Shown in pieces: positions 1 to 13,576 of a stretch of 64,000 nucleotides of DNA; the stretch's first letter is position 1; each line of letters starts with the position of its first letter. Source of the DNA: Eledone cirrhosa (taxonomy: Eukaryota); the NCBI GenBank assembly GCA_964016885.1, contig OZ024741.1:291338001-291402000 (forward strand), read 5' to 3'. The position numbers and the translations under genes are program-made. A model generated the notes under the pieces. It worked only from the letters and a program-made list of their open reading frames with translations, did not search any database and was not told the origin of the DNA.

Positions 1-187
1 ATTGTTTCTACTATTGGCACAAGGTCAGCAATCACTCAGTGCATTACTGGTACTTTATTTTATCGACCCCGTAAGGATGAAAGGCAAATTAACCTCTGCA
101 GGATTTGAACTCACACCGTAAAGGGACGTAATTCTATGCTGTAAAGTATGGCGTCCGACTCTCTACCGAAACTGCCAATCCACCGCC
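1..187 (-). mobile_element. tRNA-derived SINE family A (short form)
   Basis: Reverse complement reads GGCGGTGGATTGGCAG..TCGGTAGAG (A-box-like), GAGTTCAAATCC (B-box), GCCTTTCATCCTTACGGGGTCGATAAAATAAAGTACCAG (resembles the Meta/MESC-type SINE central domain) and a TGTGCC..AGTAGAAACAAT tail; about 20 related copies in the window. Confidence 0.85.
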
Positions 188-399
188 CAATGTCGTTTCT
201 TGTTTTAAAACGCTAATGAGGGAGGAAGAGTCTCTAGTGAGTGAGGAGGAGATTCTAGGGATGAAGGGGGAGATGCTAGAGAGGGCATGGCGAGGGAGAC
301 GCTGTAATAGGCGTGACACTAGAGAGGGAGGAGGAGGTGATTGACATAGAGCACTACGCTTCTTACTTACCACGTCTATCTATGACGAGTTTCGAACGC

Positions 400-1300
400 T
401 CTACCGATCCTGGACGGTTTTTCCGCCGCCCAAAATGATACGCACTCTTGTATAACATGATATCACGTTGGTCTATACTGACTGCTTCAGGAATTTTGGT
501 CACTGACCATCACACTGAAGCTCCATTTATGGCCGGTTTATGGAAACATGTCATCGCCAATTGAACCGCATCCCTTTCTGTAAGAAATCTCGAGGCAGCA
601 ACACCGCTCGGGCTGGGTCTCCGTTCTCTGCAACCTTCGGCATTTTAACGACATTGTTTTCAAGCAACTGAGAAATATAACTCTGTGAGGGTGTCAACAC
701 GCCAACTGCCGCTAGACTGAAACAATGCCCTGACCCGTCTTCTGTCGCATTTTACTTTCGGACACACCTGTCCCAACAGACCGTGTCCCAACAGACCGTG
801 TACTTTACCATACACACCTCACCCATTCATTTTTTTTCAATTTTTCTTCTTTCCACAATTACCATCCTTATTGACAACACACTCCTCACCTCTACCATTT
901 CCTTCTTCCTCAAGTTTCACAAAACCAACACCCCTGTTCGCTAAATCAAAATAGCTTGCAATCGCCACACCGATCTCAATTCTAAATACTTCGACACAAT
1001 AATGTAACCATTACTCCCTGTACTCTCCTACACACTGAAGATAATAACTACATATTCCAACTTTACGATTCACCCTACTCTCTCCTGGTTCTTCTTGCTT
1101 GCTATTCACCTGCCTCTAAACCGTTAACTATCAAGATGAAGGTCTACAGGTTCTCAAACACCCTGCCAGTGTACATCTACACTCCAACATATACCTTCGA
1201 CTCTCATCCGTCTTTTTTATATTCTTTTTCACCTTTTCCGGGGATTTTTATCAGCTGGTATCTATAGGAACTACAATGCGCTCGAACAATGTTTTTGTTA
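400..1300 (+). pseudogene. Highly degraded Ty3/Gypsy integrase-like remnant
   Basis: ~528-570 translates YGRFMETCHRQLN (cf. NGLVERFHRQLK) and ~604-627 PLGLGLRS (cf. PLVLLGLRS); frames broken, boundaries approximate. Confidence 0.35.
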
Positions 1301-1389
1301 GCTACTTTGAGGCCCAAATCCTCTCCCAATACACTGGATGCATCCAAGAGCCAAAGTAATAATGATGGCTACATTAGCATCACCCCCTC

Positions 1390-2170
<781 letters not shown>

Positions 2171-2459
2171 AAATGTGTACTGTGCGCCCCTTTATATTTG
2201 TATATATATACATATATCTATATATGTGTGTATGTGTGTGAGTGGGGGAGGGTGCATGTGTGTGTTTAAATATACATGCGAGGCGAATTGATGGACTCTT
2301 TAATATGTTAAATTAAACAATGCCAGGTTAAACTTTTCTTTTCATCCTTTAGATGTCGATAAATAAACTACCTATCCAGTAATGAGGTCAATTATTTCTT
2401 TTCAGTCTCTCTCCATCACTTTCCTTCTCTCTCTCTCTCTCTTTCTTCCTCTGGTCCAA

Positions 2460-2673
2460 CATCACCGTGTATCATGACACAGCCCCTACAACATCATCTG
2501 GAAATCGGTAGCAATTGTTACAATTAGTAACACTAACAGTAACACTAACCTGGAACTCAGAGTTGATGATATCGTGATTTGAAGTTTCTGGTACTATTAA
2601 CTACAAGATTCCTGTACTTGATCGGTTCACTACAAAGCGATAATTTCATTATATAAAAAAATACTACTACTAC

Positions 2674-2737
<64 letters not shown>

Positions 2738-2990
2738 TGTAGTATAGTAGTAGTATGCAGACCTTGCAGGTGCTATTAGAACTGATCACCATGTAGAGAC
2801 AAATGACGTACCAATCGTCATTGGAACACAGTCCCTAAACGCCTCACGATACCCCTCGAATACCCGACTCCATAGGCACTGCCCAAATTTGTACCATCAC
2901 CAGCACTACCAGAATCCTACACGATATATTGAGACTCTGAAATCAGGGACTGATCTGAGACCAATTAATAACGCTTCACCTAAAAACCGA
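2460..2990 (+). mobile_element. Degraded R4/Dong-like LINE 3' end (restriction-like endonuclease C-terminus), interrupted by (TAG)n
   Basis: ~2754-2835 translates YADLAGAIRTDHHVETNDVPIVIGT, resembling the KY.DL...VPIVIG motif and the IPIIIG of the R4 copies at 49-52 kb. Confidence 0.45.
2661..2755. repeat. (TAC)/(TAG)n microsatellite
   Basis: Directly visible. Confidence 0.95.
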
Positions 2991-3027
2991 TTGCGGCAGA
3001 AACATTACAAAAGGGGGAAATATTATT

Positions 3028-3698
3028 GTGGATTGACCGCATCGGTAGAGCGTCGGACATCATGCCGCGCAGGATATATTTACGGTCCTTTCCGGTCTGA
3101 GTTCAAATCCCGCCGAAGTCAAATTTTCCATTCATCCTAACGGGGTTCATAACATAAAGTACCAGTAATGTACTGAGGTCGATTTAATCTACTTTCCCCT
3201 CCCCTTCAAAGTGTTGGTCTTGTGCCTAAATCAGAAACCATTATTATTAGTAGTAGTAATAGTAGGGCGGTGGATTAGCAGAATCGGTAGAACGTCGGAA
3301 AACATGCTTTGCAGCATAGAATTAGGGCCCTTTACAGTCTGAGTTCAAATCTCGCAGAGGTTAACTTTACCTTTCATTCTTACGGAGTCGATAAAATAAA
3401 TTACCAGTACGTACTGGGATCGATATAATCGACTTTCCCCTCCCCTCAAATTACTGGCCTTGTGCCTATACTAGAAATCCTTATTAGTAGTAATAGTGGT
3501 AATAGGGCGGTGGATTGGCAGTATCGGTCGAGGGTCAGACGTTATGCTTTGACGCACACAGTTACGGCCCTTGCCATTCTGAGTTCGAATCCCGCCGAGG
3601 TTAACTTTGCCTTTCATCCTTACGGGGTTGATAAAATAAAGTACCAGTAATGCACTGGGTTATTGCTGGCCTTGTGCCAAAAAGTAGAAACAATTATT
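3028..3698 (+). mobile_element. Tandem cluster of three family A SINEs (3028-3245 long, 3266-3482 long, 3506-3698 short)
   Basis: Each has an A-box-like head, B-box GAGTTCRAATC, central domain and AGAAA tail; separated by TAG/TAA triplets. Confidence 0.85.
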
Positions 3699-3887
3699 AG
3701 TAGTAATAGTACTAGCAGCAGCAGCAGCAGCAGAGGTTGTGGCGTTGTTGTTGAATTATCTAAATGTTTCAAACATTTGACTTATATTTCAAGCCGTAGA
3801 TTCGGAATCCGAAGCATATTTGAATTCTTTCACGAAATCCAGTTACATTATATCTCTATTCACATTACTGAAGGACACATGTTAATA

Positions 3888-4252
3888 TATTCAGGCACAA
3901 TTTTGTAATGTTGAAATTTCTGTGTGAGACAGTCACTTATAAGTATATTTAAGCAGCATTTTGTAATGTTTGAAAGCTGTATGTCAGACACCCACTTCTT
4001 AAGGTATTTACTATATTCAGACACAATTTTTTAATGTTGAAAGTTCTGTGTGAGACAATCACTTGTTCGTATATTCTAGTGTTATTTTGTAATGTTTGAA
4101 AGTTGTATGTCAGACACCCACGTCTTAAGGTATTTATTATATTCAGGCACTATTTCGTTATAATGAAAGTTGTATGCGAGACAGTTTCTTACTAATATAT
4201 TCTGTCGCTATTTTGTAACGTTGAAAATTCAGCATGAGGCTGTTTCTTACTT
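3888..4252. repeat. Minisatellite with ~126-bp dimeric period (two alternating ~60-66 bp monomers, 3 dimers)
   Basis: TATTCAGRCAC recurs at ~3888, ~4014, ~4140; TTTTGTAATGTT(T)GAAA-like core in each monomer; GTCAGACACCCAC only in B monomers. Confidence 0.8.
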
Positions 4253-5146
4253 GTTTAGAAGCCACATTCACTGCGTTCCAATTAAATTTTATATAATTTT
4301 ATTGTTCTTGTAATTATTGTCGTATTAGATAAGGAATTTTAACATAAACGCAAGACGATGAAGTTATATGTGTGATATGTCTGTCTCTGCAGATATGCGC
4401 ATGTGTATATTTTTTTTTATTATTTTTTGTATCCATACACGGTTAAATAGATCAACACCATATTATAGTAAAAGATATGTATTATTGAGACATTCTAATA
4501 CATTATAAATTTATAGCGAACGACGTATCCAAACTTTCAATCTCCATTTCTCATGACAGAATAAGTTGAAATAATAACAATGATAGTAAATAAATAAAAT
4601 AGATAGGAATTCATAAGTGGGGTGGAGCTATCGTAGAAGAAGAAAAAGAAAGAATTTAATCTAAAAGCAAGCATAGTCAGTTTCACAAACGAGTAAAAGA
4701 AGGTTACTTACACACAGATGGACAGCTGGGCTGAGCATAACAGAATTACTTTATATATAAGTCATGTAAAAGACATTAACAACTACCGTGCTTGAAGGGA
4801 AATGTAATTAAGATTAGAAAAAATATATAACAATAACAAAGATGTCGCCTGATGTTTATAAACACTGGTCAATAATTGACTTCCAACAGATGCAGTAGGA
4901 TGGTGAGTGTGACCAATTTGCTAAACTCTGACGTCACTTAATGATACGTCATAATATACAACACTATCAAGAAAGAATGAAAGATTAAAACAGGGATGTA
5001 ACAGAATGTGTGTTTTGAATGGCTAATATGACTCTTTTTGAATACTTTTAATGTCTAAGGTGTTACTCTATCACAGCGTCCCTACGAATGTACTAGGAAT
5101 TATGTATCCAATATATATATATAACGATGAAGTGCCTCTGATCGAC

Positions 5147-5200
<54 letters not shown>

Positions 5201-5201
5201 T

Positions 5202-5379
5202 ATAAAACCAGTAAATCAGACAAAGTTGGAATTCCTTTTATTAATATAATCTTCTATACACAATCATACACACCCGTATATATATATAGAGAGATAAATA
5301 TACACGGGTGTGTATGATTGTGTATAGAAGATTATATTAATAAAAAGAATTCCAACTTTGTCTGATTTACTGGTTTTAT
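5202..5379. repeat. Inverted repeat with ~75-bp arms next to (TA)n
   Basis: 5202-5277 vs 5304-5379, about one mismatch, TA-rich spacer. Confidence 0.9.
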
Positions 5380-5930
5380 TTACAATCCTTTAAAATGTAT
5401 AATGGTATTAGAATGGTAGAATATTAAGTGTTAATTGAACAAGTACTTTCATGCTTTCGCAATCTTCAGTTTCATAATGTGTGGTGACAGTCAATATATA
5501 AACGGAAAAAATGAAACGAATTTCATTTCTCACTCTTAGTACGGCTGTTACTTAAATATAAGTATGTATACGTACATACATATATGTGTACAGACGTACA
5601 GTAGTATGTATATATATATACATACATGAACACATATATATATATATGTACGTATGGATTTACCGAAAATTTATTATAATGCACGGTGTGTTTGTAAACA
5701 AACATCTCGAATTAAGCCGTACAGTGTTTAGCAACCATCGTTGCCCTTTTGTTCAACACTGACAAAGAAACGATGTACTAGTTTCAAGCTTATTAGCTAT
5801 CGTCAGCACCGTATACCTTCCTGCCAGATGATTGAACGCCTGAAAGTATGTACTTTCCTTATGCATATTAACGGCTGAGCAGCCTAATTTGCATATCGAG
5901 TGAGTTAATCGGCCGGGCGCACCGAAAACG

Positions 5931-5961
<31 letters not shown>

Positions 5962-6411
5962 GTTCGATCAGACGCACTTCATCTTTCTCTTTCTCTCTCT
6001 CTAACCTGTCCCAACACAAACCTTATATGAACGAAGATATTTGTATCTCCATTACGAGCCTCCTATTCTCAGTAGTAATCTCATTAATTCACCAAAACTG
6101 CAGGAAGTTGAGATCTGAAGAACATTATTTAATGTTTGTGACCTCTTCATGCTTATACATTCTTTTTCCTTCTTCCTATCTTCTCTTCTTTCCTTCAAGT
6201 CGAGTTAACTTACATCTAGCCGCTGATCTCTGTCCTTCGAGGTAATATTTTACCCAACGCCGCTTCGACGGCATTTTGCTGTTCTAACAGCTTCCATTAT
6301 TTTCCCATTTCCTGAGCCTATTTATAATTATAAGTTTGAAGAATAGTCAGACAAAATTTATTCAATTTTTTCTTCTTAGTCCGTAGAAATCAACTAGATA
6401 AATAATCATTT

Positions 6412-6656
6412 AAACGAAGAGAGACTGAGGTTAGCTGGACATGCTCACCGACATCCAGAGTTGACATTGCACCTGTGGGAGCCCCTACATGGACACACTG
6501 GAAGTGGAAGACCAAGGTTAACGTATGTTGATGTCCTAAGGACAGACACTGGTCTGTTGGAGACGCAGGACATGGCAGCGATAATGAGGGACAGAGACCG
6601 CTGGAGAGCACTCGTCCATGGATCTCAGGAATTTTACCCGCCCTAGATAGATAGAT
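6412..6656 (+). mobile_element. RTE-clade LINE 3' fragment
   Basis: RRRLRLAGHAHRHPEL..LWEPLHGH..GRPRLTYVDVL, typical of an RTE ORF C-terminus; (TAGA)n tail; homologous to 30366-30650. Confidence 0.85.
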
Positions 6657-7676
6657 GTTTAAAATGTAAGTTTGAAGAAATAATAGATAAATGTTATCGA
6701 TATTGCTTTATGAGAAACAGTCAGATAAAATTTACCTAGTCTTTCCTCTTAGTCCGTAGAAATTAACCTGACAAACCAAAGATGTCGGTTCGACTCCCAA
6801 GTAAGTCAACACGTCTTATAAGGTTTGGGGTAATTTCCGTATGTAACAATTTTATAATAAAAATATAGGAAATATTGGGGTGCTGTGAAAACCGAAACAG
6901 TTATAAAAGCTTTCAAGAAATGTAGCATCAGCACCGAAGATGATTTTCTGTAGATGATAGCGACTCAAGTGATTCCGATATACTTAAGGCTAAGAAACAC
7001 ACACTCGAATGTGTTTACTCACCATTTTCTTAATAATATATATTTTACTTAAGTTACATTTTTCGGGGATCTAGATTACGATTATCATTTTGAAAATAAG
7101 TTTTGTACGCAATTTCTAGTTGATGAAATGACGTTCCGTTATTGTATAACATCTATTATAGTATTCTGATTGATATTCATTTTTAACAACATGAATTCTG
7201 GAAAGCATGATGAAAACATTTCCGAGTTTATATTAAGCGAATGTTTAAAACATCATCAGCTAAATTGCAATGTAAATCTGCGAAAACATATCTCTACAAT
7301 ATCTCATGAAAATATGCATTATTAAGAAAATTGTAGTGGCGGTGCTGGTGTGTATTGTAAGTATAATTTACAGCTCTTGTAAGATAGCCAAAATTCAATA
7401 TATCTAAATATCATTCACAGAAATTATCTTTTGCTTCAGTTAAATAAAAAGCGGAAGATTTTAAAAGTGTGTTGGATTAGTCGCCAAGCATCAAACACCA
7501 AGTGGTTCCTGTTTTGAAAACTTCTTTTGAAAAAAATAAATAATGGATTGGGTCTTCTTATAATGACCAGTAACCAGTGCATGCACAGAGATATGTCTTA
7601 AATTGTAGTCAAATTTGTGATGAATATGATACTCTAAATTTTACGGTTACTAAATTTTGTAAACATAATAGAGCTA

Positions 7677-7723
<47 letters not shown>

Positions 7724-8120
7724 TGTCTATAGACTACCACATGAAAGTGTGATGAATCATAAATACACCTACACCTACACACACACTAACTATTCTAAGA
7801 TGTAGATAAAAACTCTCAAATTTTCCCCCTAATGGCCATCACAACCGTAACAGCCATCGGCTGTTTTGTCTGATTCAGTGTCATTTATCAATAGAAGACA
7901 ATTCCGATTTCCTCTCAATCTGTGAATGGATATATGTGTGTGTGTGTGTGTGAGTGCGTGGGAAAAAAGAGTAAATATCTTTCATTCTCTCTCTCCCCCT
8001 CTCTCTCTCTCTCACGCCTCTCTCTCTTTCTTCCTATATATATGTATACACACACACAAAATCACTCTCTCCTCATACATGCACACACACACACTATATA
8101 AATATACATATATAAATACA

Positions 8121-8171
<51 letters not shown>

Positions 8172-8174
<3 letters not shown>

Positions 8175-8368
8175 GGAACGAGTAGGACCCCGACGGCAGA
8201 GCTCAAGCCGTTTCGACGGCTAATTCTGGACCTAATTAGCCGTCGAAACGGCTTGAGCTCAGCCGTCGGGGTCCTACTCGTTCCTATTACCCACTCTACA
8301 ACCCTAAGTATTGAGTACTTTGGTGCGTTATGGTCCACCTGGTTCCTTACCACATTTCCTTTGTTATA
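8172..8368 (+). mobile_element. Short fold-back insert in (TA)n, probable Penelope-like element terminus
   Basis: 54-bp arms 8172-8225/8234-8287 plus ~80-nt unpaired tail; second copy at 61915-62066 (-). Confidence 0.6.
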
Positions 8369-8385
8369 AATATATATATATATAT

Positions 8386-8457
8386 ATATTGTTATACTTT
8401 TGGAGGGTCATGTTGCCAATAAGAACCACACATGACCATCCCAAAGTATAACAATAT
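8386..8457. mobile_element. Hairpin made of the 3' terminus of the Naiad-like element family
   Basis: 8387-8431 is the reverse complement of 29944-29988 (2 mismatches in 45 nt); 8431-8457 folds back on it. Confidence 0.8.
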
Positions 8458-9302
8458 CGGTTTCAATACAGACCTATGCCACCAGGCTTACCTCGTATAC
8501 AGATTAGAGTGCGACAAATGCAGCAATTTCTACATAGGTAGCACCACCAGACCACTTCACATTAGAATAAATTAACACGTGAACACTAACGCTTCCTCAT
8601 TTAAGAAACACCTAGTGAAATGCAAAACCACGGACAAAAACATATTAGTTAGGATAGAAGCTAAGGAAAGAAATATCGGCAATCTTAGAATTAAAGAAGC
8701 ACTAATTATAGAAAAAATACAACCACCAATCAATAACAGACTAGAACTCAACACCCAATTTTTAACATGATAGAACACCTAGCCCCATACTTACACCCCC
8801 ACGTACCGTCTCACACACACACACTTGCACACACACACGCACGCTTACACCTTCACTTATTCTCTCTCTCAAACACACATACACACACATAGAGCAGTTT
8901 TAACATGATAGAGCATCTAGCCCCCACATTTACATATAAACATATCCTCTCATACTCACACACACACGCATGCTTACACGTTCACGTATTCTCCCACACA
9001 CACTTAGACATACATGTCCAAACCATTTTAAAGGGAGACAATCCGTTATCCATCTAATCTTCACTCTTTGACATTTGAAATAGAATGGAATTTCTTTACT
9101 ATTTCCTGTCAGCATGACTTGGCAAGCTAATTAGAAAACTGGATTAACCCCTTTACTTCCCTCCGAAGAAGAGATGTTATCTCGAAAATTAAGGATATTC
9201 AAATAAATTTAAGGTAAAAGACTAATTTTCAACAATATCTTTTGCATTTGTATTTATACTCTATATCCATAGCTGCATTGTTCTGGCCCTCTAACTCCAA
9301 AC

Positions 9303-9305
<3 letters not shown>
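8458..9305 (+). mobile_element. Penelope-like element 3' remnant: GIY-YIG endonuclease pseudogene plus 3' region
   Basis: From ~8492: LVYRLECDKCSNFYIGSTTRPLHIRIN*H...SSFKKHL...LRIKEALII...PPINNR; one in-frame stop; hammerhead-like motif at ~9158-9195; ends in (TA)n. Confidence 0.85.
9158..9195 (+). ncRNA. Degenerate minimal type I hammerhead-like motif
   Basis: CCT-CCGAAGA-A-GAGAT-GTT-ATCTC-GAAA-ATTA-AGG; core has C where CUGA has U; lies downstream of a GIY-YIG ORF. Confidence 0.5.
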
Positions 9306-9353
<48 letters not shown>

Positions 9354-9356
<3 letters not shown>

Positions 9357-9650
9357 GAGGGTAATCCAAAAAGTAAGGTCTCCAAAGCGATGGGAACGCA
9401 GAGAAACTGTTCGTGCGGCTGTTGGCAACACTGTTGTGATTGGTGCTTCCTTCACTCCCAAACAAGCATGCGCGCGCTTCGCTGGCATGCTCAATCTTGG
9501 CTTGGCAGCCGTTGAGAATGGAGCTCCCGTTGAACGCTACCGCCAAGTGCGAATTTCGCGCAGTTATTATGTACGAAGGCAATCCCAAAAGTAAGGTCTC
9601 CCCCCGAGGAAAACATGCGTAAAGACCGGCGGATCACTCTGGATGTTCTC
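9354..9650 (+). mobile_element. Mariner left end with transposase start, a duplicated TIR and an internal deletion
   Basis: TACGAGGGTAATCCAAAAAGTAAGGTCTCC after (TA)n, repeated directly at ~9572; MELPLNATAKCEFRAVI and EENMRKDRRITLD resemble mariner transposase N-terminal segments. Confidence 0.75.
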
Positions 9651-9681
9651 TGCATTTTGGTTCTGTGGCTTTGGTAAGATA

Positions 9682-10012
9682 TTTTATCCGCGAACCATAG
9701 CCACAGAACATTTACCTAGTATTTCTAATAGCCCGTAGAAATTGACCAGACATATAGCTAACCATACACAATTAGGTACAAAATTGTTTCCTGATGATTT
9801 CGAAACTCGTTAATTTATCCATGATCGGATATTTCCAAAAAGCGAATGAAATCCCAGGGGGTAGAAACATAATGTTGGTATGATTATGTACATTTTTTCT
9901 TCTAACTTTGATTTCGTACCTAATTGTCTATGGTTAGCTATATGTCTGGTCAATTTCTACGGGCTATTGGAAATACTAGTAAATCTTATGTGGCTGTGGA
10001 TCGCGGGTAAAA
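9682..10012. mobile_element. MITE-like or fold-back element with ~100-bp imperfect terminal inverted repeats
   Basis: AATAGCCCGTAGAAATTGACCAGACATATAGCTAACCATA at ~9727 and its reverse complement at ~9929-9968. Confidence 0.7.
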
Positions 10013-10160
10013 TAGCTATCATTTATTTATCTATTGTTTCTTCATAGGTACATTTTAAACTTATAGACTCGTTTAATTGATTTTTTATGTGGTTCATTAT
10101 GCTAATTGGGAGGAGAAATACTGTATATATTTTATCAAATGATTCTATGGACTTACTTTC

Positions 10161-10796
<636 letters not shown>

Positions 10797-11555
10797 CTAT
10801 TTATTTAGGTATATAAGTTGGTTTAGTTTCTTTGCCCAACTATTAAAGCGTTCAATATCATGATAATCTGACATGACTATTTACAATCTATCCCATCCAT
10901 ACCTGTAAGTTAATCAATGCCATCTCACCTTCCTACCTAATTTTATCTAACCTACTTGGTTCGTCTAACGGCTTTATTCTAGTTTTTCTTTATATTTATG
11001 TATTTTAGTTTTTTCTTGTTTTATTCTTATTCTTTTCGCATTTAATATATACTTTTATACTATTTTTATTATTGTTATTTGTATGAACCCTCCCTTTTAT
11101 ATGCTTCCTTCTTTCTTTCCTTCGTCTTCTTTTGTTTGCTGCCTTACGAGTTCTCTCGTTGACCTTTCTGGATGGGTTACTTGCTCTCTAGGTAACCCTC
11201 GTTCACCGCCCCACCGCCACTTCCATAGTCTCTTATTGCTTAAAGAGTTATTGACCTGGGGCTGGCATCCTCCTTATATATAACTGCGCACACCATATGC
11301 ACACAGACATATACAAACTAACAGCGATTCATAGACACACAGACATATGTATTCTGGCATACACATATACGCACAACCATGTAAAACATACACACATAAT
11401 TGTATGTATGTGCGACAGGGATATAAAGTTTTAGTTCGGCTCGTTGGTCAATATGTTGTACGAACGATGTCGAACAGTGGTAAGGTCCCAGGAGTGCACA
11501 CACACACACACACGCACCCACACTGCCCTTTCCTAATCACACACATACATATATA

Positions 11556-11598
<43 letters not shown>

Positions 11599-11629
11599 AT
11601 CCCGGTTGGAGCTGTTTTATATATATATG

Positions 11630-11848
11630 AAGGAACGATCGACTTTCGTCAAATCGGACCGAGGGAACAATGTTTCCGTTGGTCTTTCCAATTGCTAATA
11701 CTATCTATCGGTCGCAACTCCAGGTAGAAGGAGCAACGTGAAATAAAGTGTCTTGCTCAAGGACATAACGCATCACCTGGTCCAGGAATCGAACTCACGA
11801 CCTTACGATTACGAATCCAATTCTCTAACCACTCAGCCACGTGCCTTC
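11630..11848 (-). mobile_element. tRNA-derived SINE family B
   Basis: Reverse complement: GTGGCTGAGTGGTTAG (A-box), GAGTTCGATTCC (B-box), TGTCCTTGAGCAAGACACTT (V-SINE-like motif); near-identical copy at 56330-56548. Confidence 0.85.
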
Positions 11849-11922
11849 ACTATATATATATATATATACATATATATATTATATATATTATATATATATA
11901 TATTATATTTAATATAGAAATG

Positions 11923-11971
11923 GCTTCTACGGGACTAGAATTGTTTCATTTGGGAGAAATCATCAGGAAGC
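11923..11971 (-). ncRNA. Minimal type I hammerhead-like motif
   Basis: Minus strand GCTTC-CTGATGA-TTTCTCCCAAAT-GAAAC-AATTCTAGTCCC-GTA-GAAGC: 5-bp stem I, intact core, GUA triplet, weak non-canonical stem II. Confidence 0.6.
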
Positions 11972-12202
11972 TTTCCTAATGATTTCTCCTGCTATGCATT
12001 GAGTACCTTACTTACTGTGGCTACCCCTTATTGAATCCGGGATAAACTTTGTGTAGGTTAGATAAAAAATTAGGTAGGAAGGTGAGATGGCATTGATTAA
12101 CTTACAGGTATGGATGGGATAGATTGTAAATAGTCATGTCAGATTATCATGACATTGAACGCTTTAATAGTTGGGCAAAGAAACTAAACTAACTTATATA
12201 CC

Positions 12203-12278
<76 letters not shown>

Positions 12279-12430
12279 TATATGTATGTATATATATATA
12301 TGTGTGTGTGTATGTGTGTATATGTGTGCATATATGTGTATATACATATATATACATATATATATGTGCATATGTATATATATATATATATATATACATA
12401 TGTATGTATATATATATATTTATATATATA

Positions 12431-12508
<78 letters not shown>

Positions 12509-12941
12509 ATATATATATATATATATATTAGAAAAGGGAAGTAAGGATTCTATACAAAACAGTGGATATAGAGAAAAGATGAAGTTGGAAATAGCACGGG
12601 AGATATATTTAAGAGTCTGTTTTTCTTTTTTGAATCGTCAAAGGGACATTATTGAAAAGCTATTGTTATTATGAAGATAATGTTATTAAAAAAAGAGAGT
12701 ATTAAAAAAAGAGAGGATTTTTTGAAGTTTTTTGGAAGAGCTTTCTTAACTTTCTCAACTTCTTTAATTGCTACATTTTTGGATTCTGGGAGTCCTTTGG
12801 ATTTTAGCTCCCAACTTTTGACAATCTCCTGAATTTATATATTTACTTATGTGTAGATGAAGCAACGAAGCTGAAACCTCGGTTTGCGTGTCCGCTACTC
12901 AACATACCTTTCGTGAACCGAGTTGTTCGTGAACAAAGTTT

Positions 12942-13020
<79 letters not shown>

Positions 13021-13125
13021 TAAAATAACAGATTAAAGTTTAAGCAAAGAATCGCTGCTTTCACCCTTAACGGGATCTTCTGAAACTAATCTTTGGATTT
13101 TAGTCTTCAAATTTATTATTATTAC

Positions 13126-13164
<39 letters not shown>

Positions 13165-13194
13165 ATGCATCTGTGCATGCGTATGTATATGCGG

Positions 13195-13540
13195 ATGGAC
13201 ATAGAAATAGTCGGGCTGGAAACCCGATCGTGCGGTTAAACCACTGGGAGTGAAAGACCCCTTGCCTTTGTCAGGGCAATTTTCTAGGAGAAGACAGCTG
13301 AGGAAACTGGGATTACTCCGACATAAAACCTGCCGCTCAGGAATTACCGATGATATTGATCTTGATCTTTTCTTCTTTTAGGGTTATAGCTACTGTCGCT
13401 CAGAGAGTGGGATTGACTCAGTGCACAATCTTTCCTCACTTTAAAAAAAATCTTCACGCACAGGCATTGCACGATAGAATTAATTAATAATTATTAATGA
13501 TGGTGTATTGTGCAATGCCATACTCGATAATAAGGTGGTA

Positions 13541-13547
<7 letters not shown>
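13195..13547 (+). mobile_element. Non-coding retroposon family C (RTE-5'UTR-like head)
   Basis: Shares TCTAGGAGAAG, GGGATTG..CAGTGCA..CTTT, GCACAGGCATTGC and a TACTCGA...GCCATCAT 3' end with other copies. Confidence 0.65.
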
Positions 13548-13572
<25 letters not shown>

Positions 13573-13576
13573 GGAT

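Larger units (their letters stand above)
10802..12208. repeat. Inverted pair of ~155-bp element termini (10802-10956 and 12054-12208), each abutting (TA)n
   Basis: Near-identical reverse complements: TATTTAGGTATATAAGTT...TCTAACCTAC vs GTAGGTTAGA...AACTTATATACCTAAATA. Confidence 0.9.

Noticed and set aside
11780-11848. tRNA gene
   Set aside because: tRNA-like head continues into SINE body and recurs at 56.5 kb
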